From assembly GCA_029858305.1 (NCBI GenBank), contig JAOUFI010000007.1:763-64762 (forward strand): a DNA stretch of 64,000 bases. The letters run 5' to 3'. Positions 29,385 through 37,570 of the stretch are shown piece by piece. How positions within the stretch are numbered: the stretch's first letter is position 1; each line of letters starts with the position of its first letter. Origin of the DNA: Candidatus Thorarchaeota archaeon (GTDB lineage Archaea; Asgardarchaeota; Thorarchaeia; Thorarchaeales; Thorarchaeaceae). The translations under genes were made by a program, and so were the position numbers. The notes below the pieces were generated by a model. The model was not told the origin of the DNA. It saw only the letters and a list, made by a program, of their open reading frames with translations, and did not search any database.

Positions 29385-30221
29385 ATGCCATTGATTGAGT
29401 TTCAGGATTTCAGTTTCAAGTATTATGGAGCTGATTTCCTAGCACTCAAGAAAGTCAATCTTACAATCAATGAGGGTGAATATGTAATAATCACTGGACC
29501 TAGTGGTTGTGGCAAGACAACTTTATGCCGTACAATTAATGGACTTGTGCCACAGTTTCATCGTGGATATATTGCCGGAAATGTTATCGTAGATGGGATG
29601 AATACACGCGAGCACACTGTTGCAGAAATGGCGACTATCGCTGGGCTTGTTTTTCAACAACCTGAGAATCAACTTGTTACACTCAATGTTGAAAAAGAGA
29701 TTGCATTTGGTCCTGAAAATCTTGGAGTGGATCCAGTAGAAGTACGACGCAGGGTAGAAGAGCTCATCAGCCTTTTGGATCTCGAACACCTTCGGGATAA
29801 ACATCCCCATGAGATGTCTGGTGGCGAACAACAACGCGTAGCGATAGCATCTACACTAGCACTCAAGCCAAAAATACTAGTGGCTGATGAACCCACATCC
29901 AATCTTGATCCAAAAAGCGCAGAGTTGATTTTAGATATCATTTCTAAATTGAACAAACGAGATATGACTGTCATTCTAGTTGAGCACCGTTTGGACTTAG
30001 TTTCGAAGGATGCAAGCAGGATTGTTTTGATGGATCGCGGACGTATCGTCGCCGATGGTTCGCCGAGAGAGATACTTGTAATGGATTTGTGCCAAGAAAT
30101 TGGTGTGGGTGTTCCTAAGGCTACCCTGGTCTATAAGAGCCTCAGAAAGCGTGGCATCGACCTGGAGTCTGTCCCACTTACAGGAGAAGAGCTTGCCAAT
30201 CTTGTGAAGGAGGCTGCTTAG
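29385..30221 (+). CDS. ecfA1: ECF transporter ATPase A1
   Basis: GPSGCGKT, VFQQPENQ, MSGGEQQR, ADEPTS. Confidence 0.9.
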   Translation: MPLIEFQDFSFKYYGADFLALKKVNLTINEGEYVIITGPSGCGKTTLCRTINGLVPQFHRGYIAGNVIVDGMNTREHTVAEMATIAGLVFQQPENQLVTLNVEKEIAFGPENLGVDPVEVRRRVEELISLLDLEHLRDKHPHEMSGGEQQRVAIASTLALKPKILVADEPTSNLDPKSAELILDIISKLNKRDMTVILVEHRLDLVSKDASRIVLMDRGRIVADGSPREILVMDLCQEIGVGVPKATLVYKSLRKRGIDLESVPLTGEELANLVKEAA

Positions 30222-30223
30222 TA

Positions 30224-31048
30224 GTGATTATTCTCGAGAATGTCCATTTTGCGTACGATGGCATCTATACTGCTTTGCAAGGAGTTTCTCTTCAGATTGG
30301 TGATGGCGAAAGAGTAGCAATAATGGGAACGAACGGTGCAGGGAAGACAACACTTGTTAAACAACTGAATGGTCTTCTTCGTCCCCATAGAGGAAGAGTC
30401 TTTCTTGATGGTGTAGATACCAAACGCTATAGTGTTGCTGAACTGGCTCGTGAAATTGGTTTGGTGATGCAGAATCCAGATCACCAGCTATTCCTTGATA
30501 GTGTCGAGAAGGAGATTCTTTTCGGATTGAAACAACTTGGATTCTCAAGTGAAGATGCTCGTGTCCGTTGTGAGAAGACGCTATCGAATCTTGGTCTAGA
30601 GCATCTCTCGGAACGTTCTCCATTCACACTATCAGGCGGCGAGAGAAAACGTGTGGCGCTTGCCTCCGTGTTGGCCACTGAGCCGCGTGTATTAGTGTTG
30701 GATGAGCCAACGATTGGTCAAGATGCAAAGCAAAAAGAGAATCTTGCCCAGATGCTTCAGGACCTCAACGAGAAGGGGAGAACGGTCATTGTCGTTACAC
30801 ATGATATCGAGTTTGTCATTGAGAACTTTCCAAGAACTATTGCAATGGCGAATGGTACTATTGTTGCAGACGGTCCAACTAACTCTGTTTTGAGCAATGA
30901 TGATGTCATTGTGCGTTGTTCGCTCACAGCTCCGCAACTTACTATCGCAGCAAGATCAATCCATTCAGTATTCCCAGAAGTGCCTGAGCGTTTGACGCTC
31001 TTGTCAAATCTGGAGGGAGAGATTGTTCGTGTTCTGAGAGGTGTCTAG
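30224..31048 (+). CDS. ecfA2: ECF transporter ATPase A2
   Basis: GTNGAGKT, QNPDHQLF, LSGGERKR, LDEPT. Confidence 0.9.
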   Translation: MIILENVHFAYDGIYTALQGVSLQIGDGERVAIMGTNGAGKTTLVKQLNGLLRPHRGRVFLDGVDTKRYSVAELAREIGLVMQNPDHQLFLDSVEKEILFGLKQLGFSSEDARVRCEKTLSNLGLEHLSERSPFTLSGGERKRVALASVLATEPRVLVLDEPTIGQDAKQKENLAQMLQDLNEKGRTVIVVTHDIEFVIENFPRTIAMANGTIVADGPTNSVLSNDDVIVRCSLTAPQLTIAARSIHSVFPEVPERLTLLSNLEGEIVRVLRGV

Positions 31049-31811
31049 AATGTCGTTTCTAGAAGTTTTCCAGTATACTCGGCAAGATTCGATAATTCAT
31101 CGGTTAGATCCAAGAGCAAAGCTGTTCATGGCTATTGTTTCAGCTATAGTGTCACTGATCTTCTTAGAGATTCTCCCACTGGTGATTATTCTAGTAATAT
31201 TGATTCCATTGCTAGTAGCTGCAAAATCCCTCAAACGGTGGTTACGAAGTATGAAGGGGCTCTCGATTCTACTGGCATTTATTCTCGTATTCAATACTCT
31301 CCTCTCCCCCGCCCCAAATCCTCTCAACCATTCAATTGCTCTCACTTTGAGATTGATTGCCCTTATGACCTCGTTCTCACTCTTTTTCCTCACAGTTCAT
31401 CCTGATGAACTCTCACAGGCCTTAATCCAGATGCGGGTTCGATTCGAGTTTGCTTTTGCTATGAGCATGGCGATGCGGTATGTACCCACCTTGGCCCAAG
31501 AAGCCTATGCGATAATGGATGCTCAGAAGGCTCGCGGTGTCGAGCTTGATAAAGGAAATCCACTGAAGCGTATTCGGAATATTGTGCCAATCATTGTACC
31601 CCTGATTATTGTTTCAATTCGAAGGGCTCTCTCGATAGCAGAAAGCATGGAGTCCAGAGGATTTGGTGCCAGTCCTCATAGAACATACTTGAATAGACTT
31701 TCTTTCAAAAAGAGAGATTGGGCTGTGGTTTTCATATCCCTGCTGATTCTTCTGATGACTATCTATATTCGCCTCTTTATTCCATTACAAGTTTGGTCCC
31801 TGCCATTCTAA
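31041..31811 (+). CDS. ecfT: ECF transporter T component
   Basis: LDPRAK, AQKARG and SMESRGF (two XRX motifs). Confidence 0.92.
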   Translation: MSRMSFLEVFQYTRQDSIIHRLDPRAKLFMAIVSAIVSLIFLEILPLVIILVILIPLLVAAKSLKRWLRSMKGLSILLAFILVFNTLLSPAPNPLNHSIALTLRLIALMTSFSLFFLTVHPDELSQALIQMRVRFEFAFAMSMAMRYVPTLAQEAYAIMDAQKARGVELDKGNPLKRIRNIVPIIVPLIIVSIRRALSIAESMESRGFGASPHRTYLNRLSFKKRDWAVVFISLLILLMTIYIRLFIPLQVWSLPF

Positions 31812-31829
31812 TTATCTTAAAATCATTAA

Positions 31830-33212
31830 TTGAAACGGTTCATAAGGGATTGGAAGTACAATTACTGTATCTTGATTCATTCTGATAGAATAAAAGTGCT
31901 TAAAGAAGGTGACCACACAAGAGGTCAGTATGTTCTTTATTGGATGCAAGCCTCACAAAGAGTAGAGTTCAACCATGCCCTAGAATATGCAATTCTCAGA
32001 GCAAATTCATTGGACTTACCCCTTCTTACTGCTTTTTGCCTAGTAGATGAATTTCCAGAGGCAAATACATCACACTACAAGTTCATGCTCGAAGGTCTTC
32101 AGGATGTCAAAAAAAGTCTAGAACAGGAAGGTATTGGCTTCGAGGTGCTACTTGGCCAACCTACTCAAATCATTCCAGAATTAGCTGAAGATGCCTCGCT
32201 GATTGTATTCGACCGTGATTATCTACGGATGCAGAGAAAATGGAGAGAATCTGTTATTTCATTGGTAGCCTGTCCTGTCTTTCAGATAGAATCGAATGTA
32301 ATTGTGCCAATTGAAACAGTGTCGAAAAAGGAAGAATACTCCGCTGGTACTATTCGGCCCAAGATGCAGAGAATCCTCCCCGATTATATGGTCACTCTAC
32401 GTCATCGAAAGATCAACAATCCCTGTCCTGATTTCGGACTTAACGGATTGGACATTACGGGCGCCTCAGATGCAATGAAGCGCCTTCGAATAAAGAATTC
32501 CATTGAACAACAAATCCGATTCCAAGGAGGAACTCGGAATGCAAAGAGGGAGCTTCGTAATTTTATTCGTAACAAACTTGATCAATTTGGGAACTTGCGT
32601 AATGACCCCTCTCATGATTATCTCTCAAATATGAGCCCCTACCTTCATTTCGGAAATATCTCTCCTCTCTTCATTGCTCTTCAGATAGAGGCGACCCGAA
32701 GCCTAGGTTCTGAAGCATTTCTTGAGGAATTAATTATACGTCGAGAGTTAAGTTTGAATTTCGTCTATTTCAATGAGAATTATGATAATTTCGAATGTTT
32801 ACCAAACTGGGCAAAGGAAACACTCGAATTGCACGCTTTTGACCCTAGAGAGTATTCTTACTCCTTTAACGACTTGGAGCAAGCTAAAACGCATGATCCC
32901 TACTGGAATGCAGCTCAGACTGAAATGGTACAATATGGAAAAATGCACGGCTACATGCGAATGTACTGGGGCAAGAAAATATTGGAATGGACAGAATCAC
33001 CAATTGAAGCATTTGAAATCGCACTTCGCTTGAATAACAAGTATGAATTAGATGGTAGAGATGCAAATGGGTTTACAGGCGTAGCATGGTGCTTTGGCAA
33101 GCATGATAGAGCTTGGAATGAAAGATTGATTTTTGGAAAGGTTCGGTACATGAATGACAAGGGACTACGAAGGAAATTCAATATTCAATCCTATGTTGAT
33201 TCGCTTTTGTAG
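31830..33212 (+). CDS. phr: Class II CPD photolyase
   Basis: YWMQASQR, SNMSPYLHFG, MHGYMRMYWGKK, LDGRDANG, KVRYM. Confidence 0.92.
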   Translation: MKRFIRDWKYNYCILIHSDRIKVLKEGDHTRGQYVLYWMQASQRVEFNHALEYAILRANSLDLPLLTAFCLVDEFPEANTSHYKFMLEGLQDVKKSLEQEGIGFEVLLGQPTQIIPELAEDASLIVFDRDYLRMQRKWRESVISLVACPVFQIESNVIVPIETVSKKEEYSAGTIRPKMQRILPDYMVTLRHRKINNPCPDFGLNGLDITGASDAMKRLRIKNSIEQQIRFQGGTRNAKRELRNFIRNKLDQFGNLRNDPSHDYLSNMSPYLHFGNISPLFIALQIEATRSLGSEAFLEELIIRRELSLNFVYFNENYDNFECLPNWAKETLELHAFDPREYSYSFNDLEQAKTHDPYWNAAQTEMVQYGKMHGYMRMYWGKKILEWTESPIEAFEIALRLNNKYELDGRDANGFTGVAWCFGKHDRAWNERLIFGKVRYMNDKGLRRKFNIQSYVDSLL

Positions 33213-33235
33213 TAGAATATTGATTTTGATTACAT

Positions 33236-33254
33236 TCAGATATGATTTATCTGA
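33236..33254. promoter_or_regulatory. Perfect palindrome, candidate operator
   Basis: TCAGATA-TGATT-TATCTGA in the intergenic gap before the TPR gene. Confidence 0.35.
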
Positions 33255-33297
33255 GACAAGAACCATAACATTCTGAGATAGGGTAGGTGAAACAGCA

Positions 33298-33864
33298 TTG
33301 CAGTTACCTGCTAGGAAGAAGTATGCTGTAAAGGATGTCATGAATGACCTAAAGAAGATAGGTCCTTCCCCGAGTCTGCTAGGGGAGATAGGTTCGAAAC
33401 TAGTCTATTACGAATGGAGTTGTTGCGATAATCTCCTAGGAAATGATCATCCTGTTACTATACACTTCAGTGAAACACTTGAGTTCATGGAACACGGTTT
33501 TGAGCAACTGCTTGTAGAAGGTGAGCTCTGGCGAGGGAAGGACACTCCACAGGCTGCAATCAATGATTTTCTCAAGGGTCGTCCAGCTGAATTTCTAAAT
33601 TACACTCTAGACAGACCAGCTGATTACACAAGAGGTCTTCTCGAATCGATTGCGACTGCAAGACAAGAAGAGATTGAACACTATGCACAGATGGAGGAGG
33701 GAGTCCGTCAAGAGATTGAGGAGGATCCAAAGAATCCTGAGTTATGGAATAAGCTCCGTCTTCTCCTCTGGATTATTGGCAAATATAATGAAGCGAGTGA
33801 GGCATTCAAGACTGCTAAAAGTCTTGGGTGGACAAAGGAATCGAGTGGAATCGTGGCTCTTTGA
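33298..33864 (+). CDS. Helical protein with C-terminal TPR motif
   Basis: DPKNPELWNKL...GKYNEASEAFKTA TPR-like pattern. Confidence 0.7.
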   Translation: MQLPARKKYAVKDVMNDLKKIGPSPSLLGEIGSKLVYYEWSCCDNLLGNDHPVTIHFSETLEFMEHGFEQLLVEGELWRGKDTPQAAINDFLKGRPAEFLNYTLDRPADYTRGLLESIATARQEEIEHYAQMEEGVRQEIEEDPKNPELWNKLRLLLWIIGKYNEASEAFKTAKSLGWTKESSGIVAL

Positions 33865-33966
33865 ATCCCGTTACACCAGAAAGGAACTCGGGAAGACGTA
33901 AATACAAGCTCTAGGTAATTTGTTCGGTGATGCATAATTAGAAGCAACGGAAGATCCAACGATGCA

Positions 33967-34872
33967 TTGAAGCCAATGGTACTTCTGAATGCAACTGGTA
34001 ACCCTGTTACTGTTTCTGCTGTTGCTGTTGATGATACATATCTATACGCGTCGGATAGTGAGGGTTGCTTAACAATATGGAATAAACCAGACTTAGATTC
34101 CCCTATCATCCTTCCAGGGCAGACATCGACCCAGATAGAATCGTTGCTTTCGGATGGTCAACACCTATACAGTGGAAGTATTTCTGGAGACACTGTTATT
34201 CGTGTATATAATCAGGACCTAGATCTCATTCACATTATCAAGGGACATGTTGGTACAATCTTTGACATGTCCACAGATGATCAGCACCTCCTTTCTGGCT
34301 CTGCAGATGCAACTGTGAAAATCTGGGAAAAGTCAGATTGGAGTCAAATTGGTTCTATTGTGGCGCAAACGCATTTCGTTTTAGCCGTGGCACTTGATGA
34401 TGACTACATCTATGCAGGAGGTATTGACAACTGTACCAATGTTTTTAGTCGCGCATCATTGAGGCGTATAGCGTCACTTCATGGTCATGACGCAAACGTG
34501 TTGTCACTTGCAACCGATGATAGATACACATATTCTGGATCCGGAGAGCTCTGGTGGGGTGGCCCAGGATCACCGAGACCAAGCATGTTTGAGAGTGCAA
34601 TCAGAGTTTGGGACAAGAGAGATTGGAGTTGTGTTGAAGTTCTTTCTGGTCATCGAGATAATATCAATGCACTTGTGGTCGACAAGCGTTTTATCTACTC
34701 TGCATCAGATGATAGTACTGTTAGGGTCTATTCCAAAGTTGATTGGACAGAAGTCGCATCCATCGACATTGGCCTCGGACGTGTGATTGATTTGACACAC
34801 GATAACAAGTTCTTGTATTTTGGATGTGCTGATGGCAATATCCGCTATATTGCTAAGGATTTGTTTTGCTAA
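33967..34872 (+). CDS. WD40-repeat beta-propeller protein
   Basis: GH...D.T(V)KIW repeats: GHVGTI...SADATVKIW, GHDANV...IRVW, GHRDNI...SDDSTVRVY. Confidence 0.88.
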   Translation: MKPMVLLNATGNPVTVSAVAVDDTYLYASDSEGCLTIWNKPDLDSPIILPGQTSTQIESLLSDGQHLYSGSISGDTVIRVYNQDLDLIHIIKGHVGTIFDMSTDDQHLLSGSADATVKIWEKSDWSQIGSIVAQTHFVLAVALDDDYIYAGGIDNCTNVFSRASLRRIASLHGHDANVLSLATDDRYTYSGSGELWWGGPGSPRPSMFESAIRVWDKRDWSCVEVLSGHRDNINALVVDKRFIYSASDDSTVRVYSKVDWTEVASIDIGLGRVIDLTHDNKFLYFGCADGNIRYIAKDLFC

Positions 34873-35243
34873 TTTTCATTTTGACCAACTTGCCCGATTG
34901 GGTGGAGAAATGTCTGGAATTCCAATACTCTCCCCTCTGGATCTTTGGCAAAGAAATGGTATATCTTGTATACATCACTCTCTACAGGTTTTGTCGTTGC
35001 TATATGCTTCAACATTGTATGCATTTCATCTACATCATCTTTTGTTGGATAGAAGAGGGTAATCATCCCCTCTAGCTCAGCTGAACTACGTTCACAGAAA
35101 CCTATCAAAAGATTACCCTGATTTAGAATCGTACAATCTTTCTGTTTTAACCAGATATGCATCCCTAACTCCTTTACATAGAAGTCTACAATATTCTTTA
35201 GCATCATTGTCTTGAAGAAAACCATCCCTGTCATTGGATGCAC
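34869..35243 (-). CDS. VOC/glyoxalase family protein
   Basis: IVDFY...LG, FFAKDPEGRVLEF. Confidence 0.85.
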   Translation of the reverse strand: MHPMTGMVFFKTMMLKNIVDFYVKELGMHIWLKQKDCTILNQGNLLIGFCERSSAELEGMITLFYPTKDDVDEMHTMLKHIATTKPVESDVYKIYHFFAKDPEGRVLEFQTFLHPIGQVGQNEN

Positions 35244-35456
35244 CTGAAATCCTCTTTGTTAATTAATCTCATAGATTCACTTGTGCCAAATATAAACAGT
35301 CCTTCGGGATAAAGACTCAAAAACGCACTCAATGCTTCAGTTTTGAGCTGATTTTATCTAATGTTCGGTTCAAATCATACCCTCAAAGTTCACGCAAATA
35401 AATATCTCTTTTCTAAAGTTCACAACGTGTCTGCAAAACATTCAGAGGTAGAAAAA

Positions 35457-35759
35457 ATGGCAGCAAGATCTGGACGAACGCCAAAGAGCGCAATCATGAT
35501 TCTCGGTACATTGGCAAATGATGGTCCGATGTGTCCACTTGAAATCAGTGAAAAATTGAACATGGCCCCACGTACTGTAAGTTTCGCTCTCAAGGAGTTG
35601 GTGCGACGTCAATTACTACGCAGGGTTCCAAATCTTCTTGATATGAGGCGTCCTATGTACCATGTCAATAAAGAACTTGCCAAAGATCTCATCCAAAAAT
35701 ATAGTGACCAAGCCTTCAGGGCTCAACCCTCACCGGTAGCTTGGCGCCAAAAGGCCTGA
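35457..35759 (+). CDS. Small wHTH regulator (MarR-like), copy 1
   Basis: GPMCPLEISEKLNMAPRTVSFALKEL...PNLLDMRR; ATG 35457 behind AGAGGT. Confidence 0.82.
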   Translation: MAARSGRTPKSAIMILGTLANDGPMCPLEISEKLNMAPRTVSFALKELVRRQLLRRVPNLLDMRRPMYHVNKELAKDLIQKYSDQAFRAQPSPVAWRQKA

Positions 35760-35813
35760 TTATCTGAATGATGTTTTTCTTTAGCGTAATAGACAAGCAA
35801 AGCAGGTTCTGAA

Positions 35814-36239
35814 ATGGTAGACATTCCAAATCTTCAATCCCGGTTTCATGAAATCATAAAAACTGAACCAGTCTATGATACTCACACTGAAGAACAAGAA
35901 TCCGTATCAATCCTGTATAAAACCAACTGGGCACGAATTCTTGTTGTACGAAAGTCTGAAGATCCCCAATCAATCATAATTGAAATTGAAGTATCTCAGC
36001 CTTATTCCTCTGTCTTTCCAAATTCCTCCTCTCCGCTAAATCCAAGGCAGACGAGCAACAAAACCCGACAAATTCTGGAGCAATTTATTGAATATATCAA
36101 ATATATTCTGAAGCTAGAAGCTTCAGGTTTCTTCATTGATTTTGTTGGGAAAGATTGTCTTATCTTAGCCTCTCGGCATTTTAAAGAAATGCCAAATGCT
36201 GAGATCTTCGAGCTCCTTCTACCTCCATTAGTGAAATAA
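35814..36239 (+). CDS. Uncharacterised protein, partner of wHTH, copy 1
   Basis: Paralog of 36768-37166 (LYKTxW, IEIE, YIL.LE..G, L.PP). Confidence 0.75.
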   Translation: MVDIPNLQSRFHEIIKTEPVYDTHTEEQESVSILYKTNWARILVVRKSEDPQSIIIEIEVSQPYSSVFPNSSSPLNPRQTSNKTRQILEQFIEYIKYILKLEASGFFIDFVGKDCLILASRHFKEMPNAEIFELLLPPLVK

Positions 36240-36466
36240 TAACGGTAGAAGGAGCTGTCTAGAAGTTACTTTTAGTAAGTATGACGAAGGCCTTGAAATT
36301 AGATTCTAATCTCCATACTTTCAATGAGCTGTAGATTTCCGAACCGACTCATTCGTATTTTTACCTTCAATCGTGCCGAATTATCATATTCCCGAACATA
36401 CAACGTCGCGTGCATAGATATGTTATTTCTACACTATAATCCATATATGACTTCAAGTGATGAGCT

Positions 36467-36727
36467 ATGATATCCAGACTAAGATTACCCAAGAGTGCGC
36501 TCTTAGTATTAGATTGTCTTAACAAACAAGGTCCAATGCCACCTAGAGATATTAGTAAGGTGGTCAAGGTGCCTCTACGGACTGTCACCTTCGCACTGGA
36601 CCGACTTGTTGATTCAGATATATGTCAAAAGATGCCAAATCTCGATGACATGCGTAGAACCCTATATATTGTGGACCAAGAAAAAGCGCGGGCTATATTT
36701 CTCAAATATGGATTGATGTTTTCTTGA
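36467..36727 (+). CDS. Small wHTH regulator (MarR-like), copy 2
   Basis: PKSA...GPM.P.DIS...RTVTFAL...PNLDDMRR, paralog of 35457-35759. Confidence 0.82.
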   Translation: MISRLRLPKSALLVLDCLNKQGPMPPRDISKVVKVPLRTVTFALDRLVDSDICQKMPNLDDMRRTLYIVDQEKARAIFLKYGLMFS

Positions 36728-36767
36728 ATCACTCTCTAGTGAGCAATATAATTGGAGTCACCTCTCA

Positions 36768-37166
36768 ATGATAACATCTACTGAGCTGCTCCAGCGGTAT
36801 CGGCGAATTGTTTCAGAGCCAATTAAAGGAGACCTCGACGAGTCTATCGCTCTCTTATACAAGACAGATTGGGTGAAAATCATGATTGTTCGTGACGCTC
36901 AATCGTCAGAGCCATGTTCCATTGAGATTGAGATAACACTGCCGCCCTGTATCATTGAACCATCGACAGACGATGCGGACTCTCAAAAAGAAATCGCTCG
37001 CAAGTTTATTGAAGATACAATCTCTCATCTTGAATATTTGCTTAGACTAGAGGAAGCTGGTCTTATTCTTGGTATTATATCTACAGAGGGAATTTGGTGT
37101 GCTTCTCTTTTTGTCTGTAACTCTCCCGATGAAACTTTCTTCGAGGTCCTAATACCTCCCTGCTGA
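36768..37166 (+). CDS. Uncharacterised protein, partner of wHTH, copy 2
   Basis: Paralog of 35814-36239. Confidence 0.75.
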   Translation: MITSTELLQRYRRIVSEPIKGDLDESIALLYKTDWVKIMIVRDAQSSEPCSIEIEITLPPCIIEPSTDDADSQKEIARKFIEDTISHLEYLLRLEEAGLILGIISTEGIWCASLFVCNSPDETFFEVLIPPC

Positions 37167-37478
37167 CTCGCATCTGTCGTTCTTCAATATGTGAAGATAC
37201 TGTTTGCAACTGCTGACTGGTGGAATGCATCTGTTATGCCATTCGTCCACTTCATTCCTCTGTTCTATGCATGTTTAACTTTATCAACACTCGAAAAAGA
37301 GGGATTCGACTGAGCATCCGCCTTGGCTCTATTCTTGTCCTATCTTCTCTTCAAGGTCGGATTCGATCTTTTAGTCTTGAATCTAGATACGATTTCAATC
37401 AGTCCACTCCTGGTGCTCGCTGCACTCCCTGTTTGGCTGTTGATAATAACTCTCAGAAGAATTGGGATTGCTAAGTGA
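37167..37478 (+). pseudogene. Remnant of a membrane-protein gene with internal TGA
   Basis: One frame reads LASVVLQYVKILFATADWWNASVMPFVHFIPLFYACLTLSTLEKEGFD*ASALALFLSYLLFKVGFDLLVLNLDTISISPLLVLAALPVWLLIITLRRIGIAK*, with TGA at 37311-37313. Confidence 0.5.
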
Positions 37479-37570
37479 TGATAACAGTTCTTTCAATAGC
37501 CTCTCAATGTAAGTCGAGTCCTTTATGAGTAATTGAAGCATTTTCACAACCAACTAAGGGATGTGTTCCA

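Noticed and set aside
37311-37313. Sec or read-through decoding of the TGA in the membrane remnant
   Set aside because: The context is not a redox motif, there is no clear start and I saw no SECIS-like element; a nonsense mutation is simpler.
37220-37474. 84-aa ORF from the track as a real gene
   Set aside because: A different frame gives far more protein-like, TM-rich sequence over the same span.
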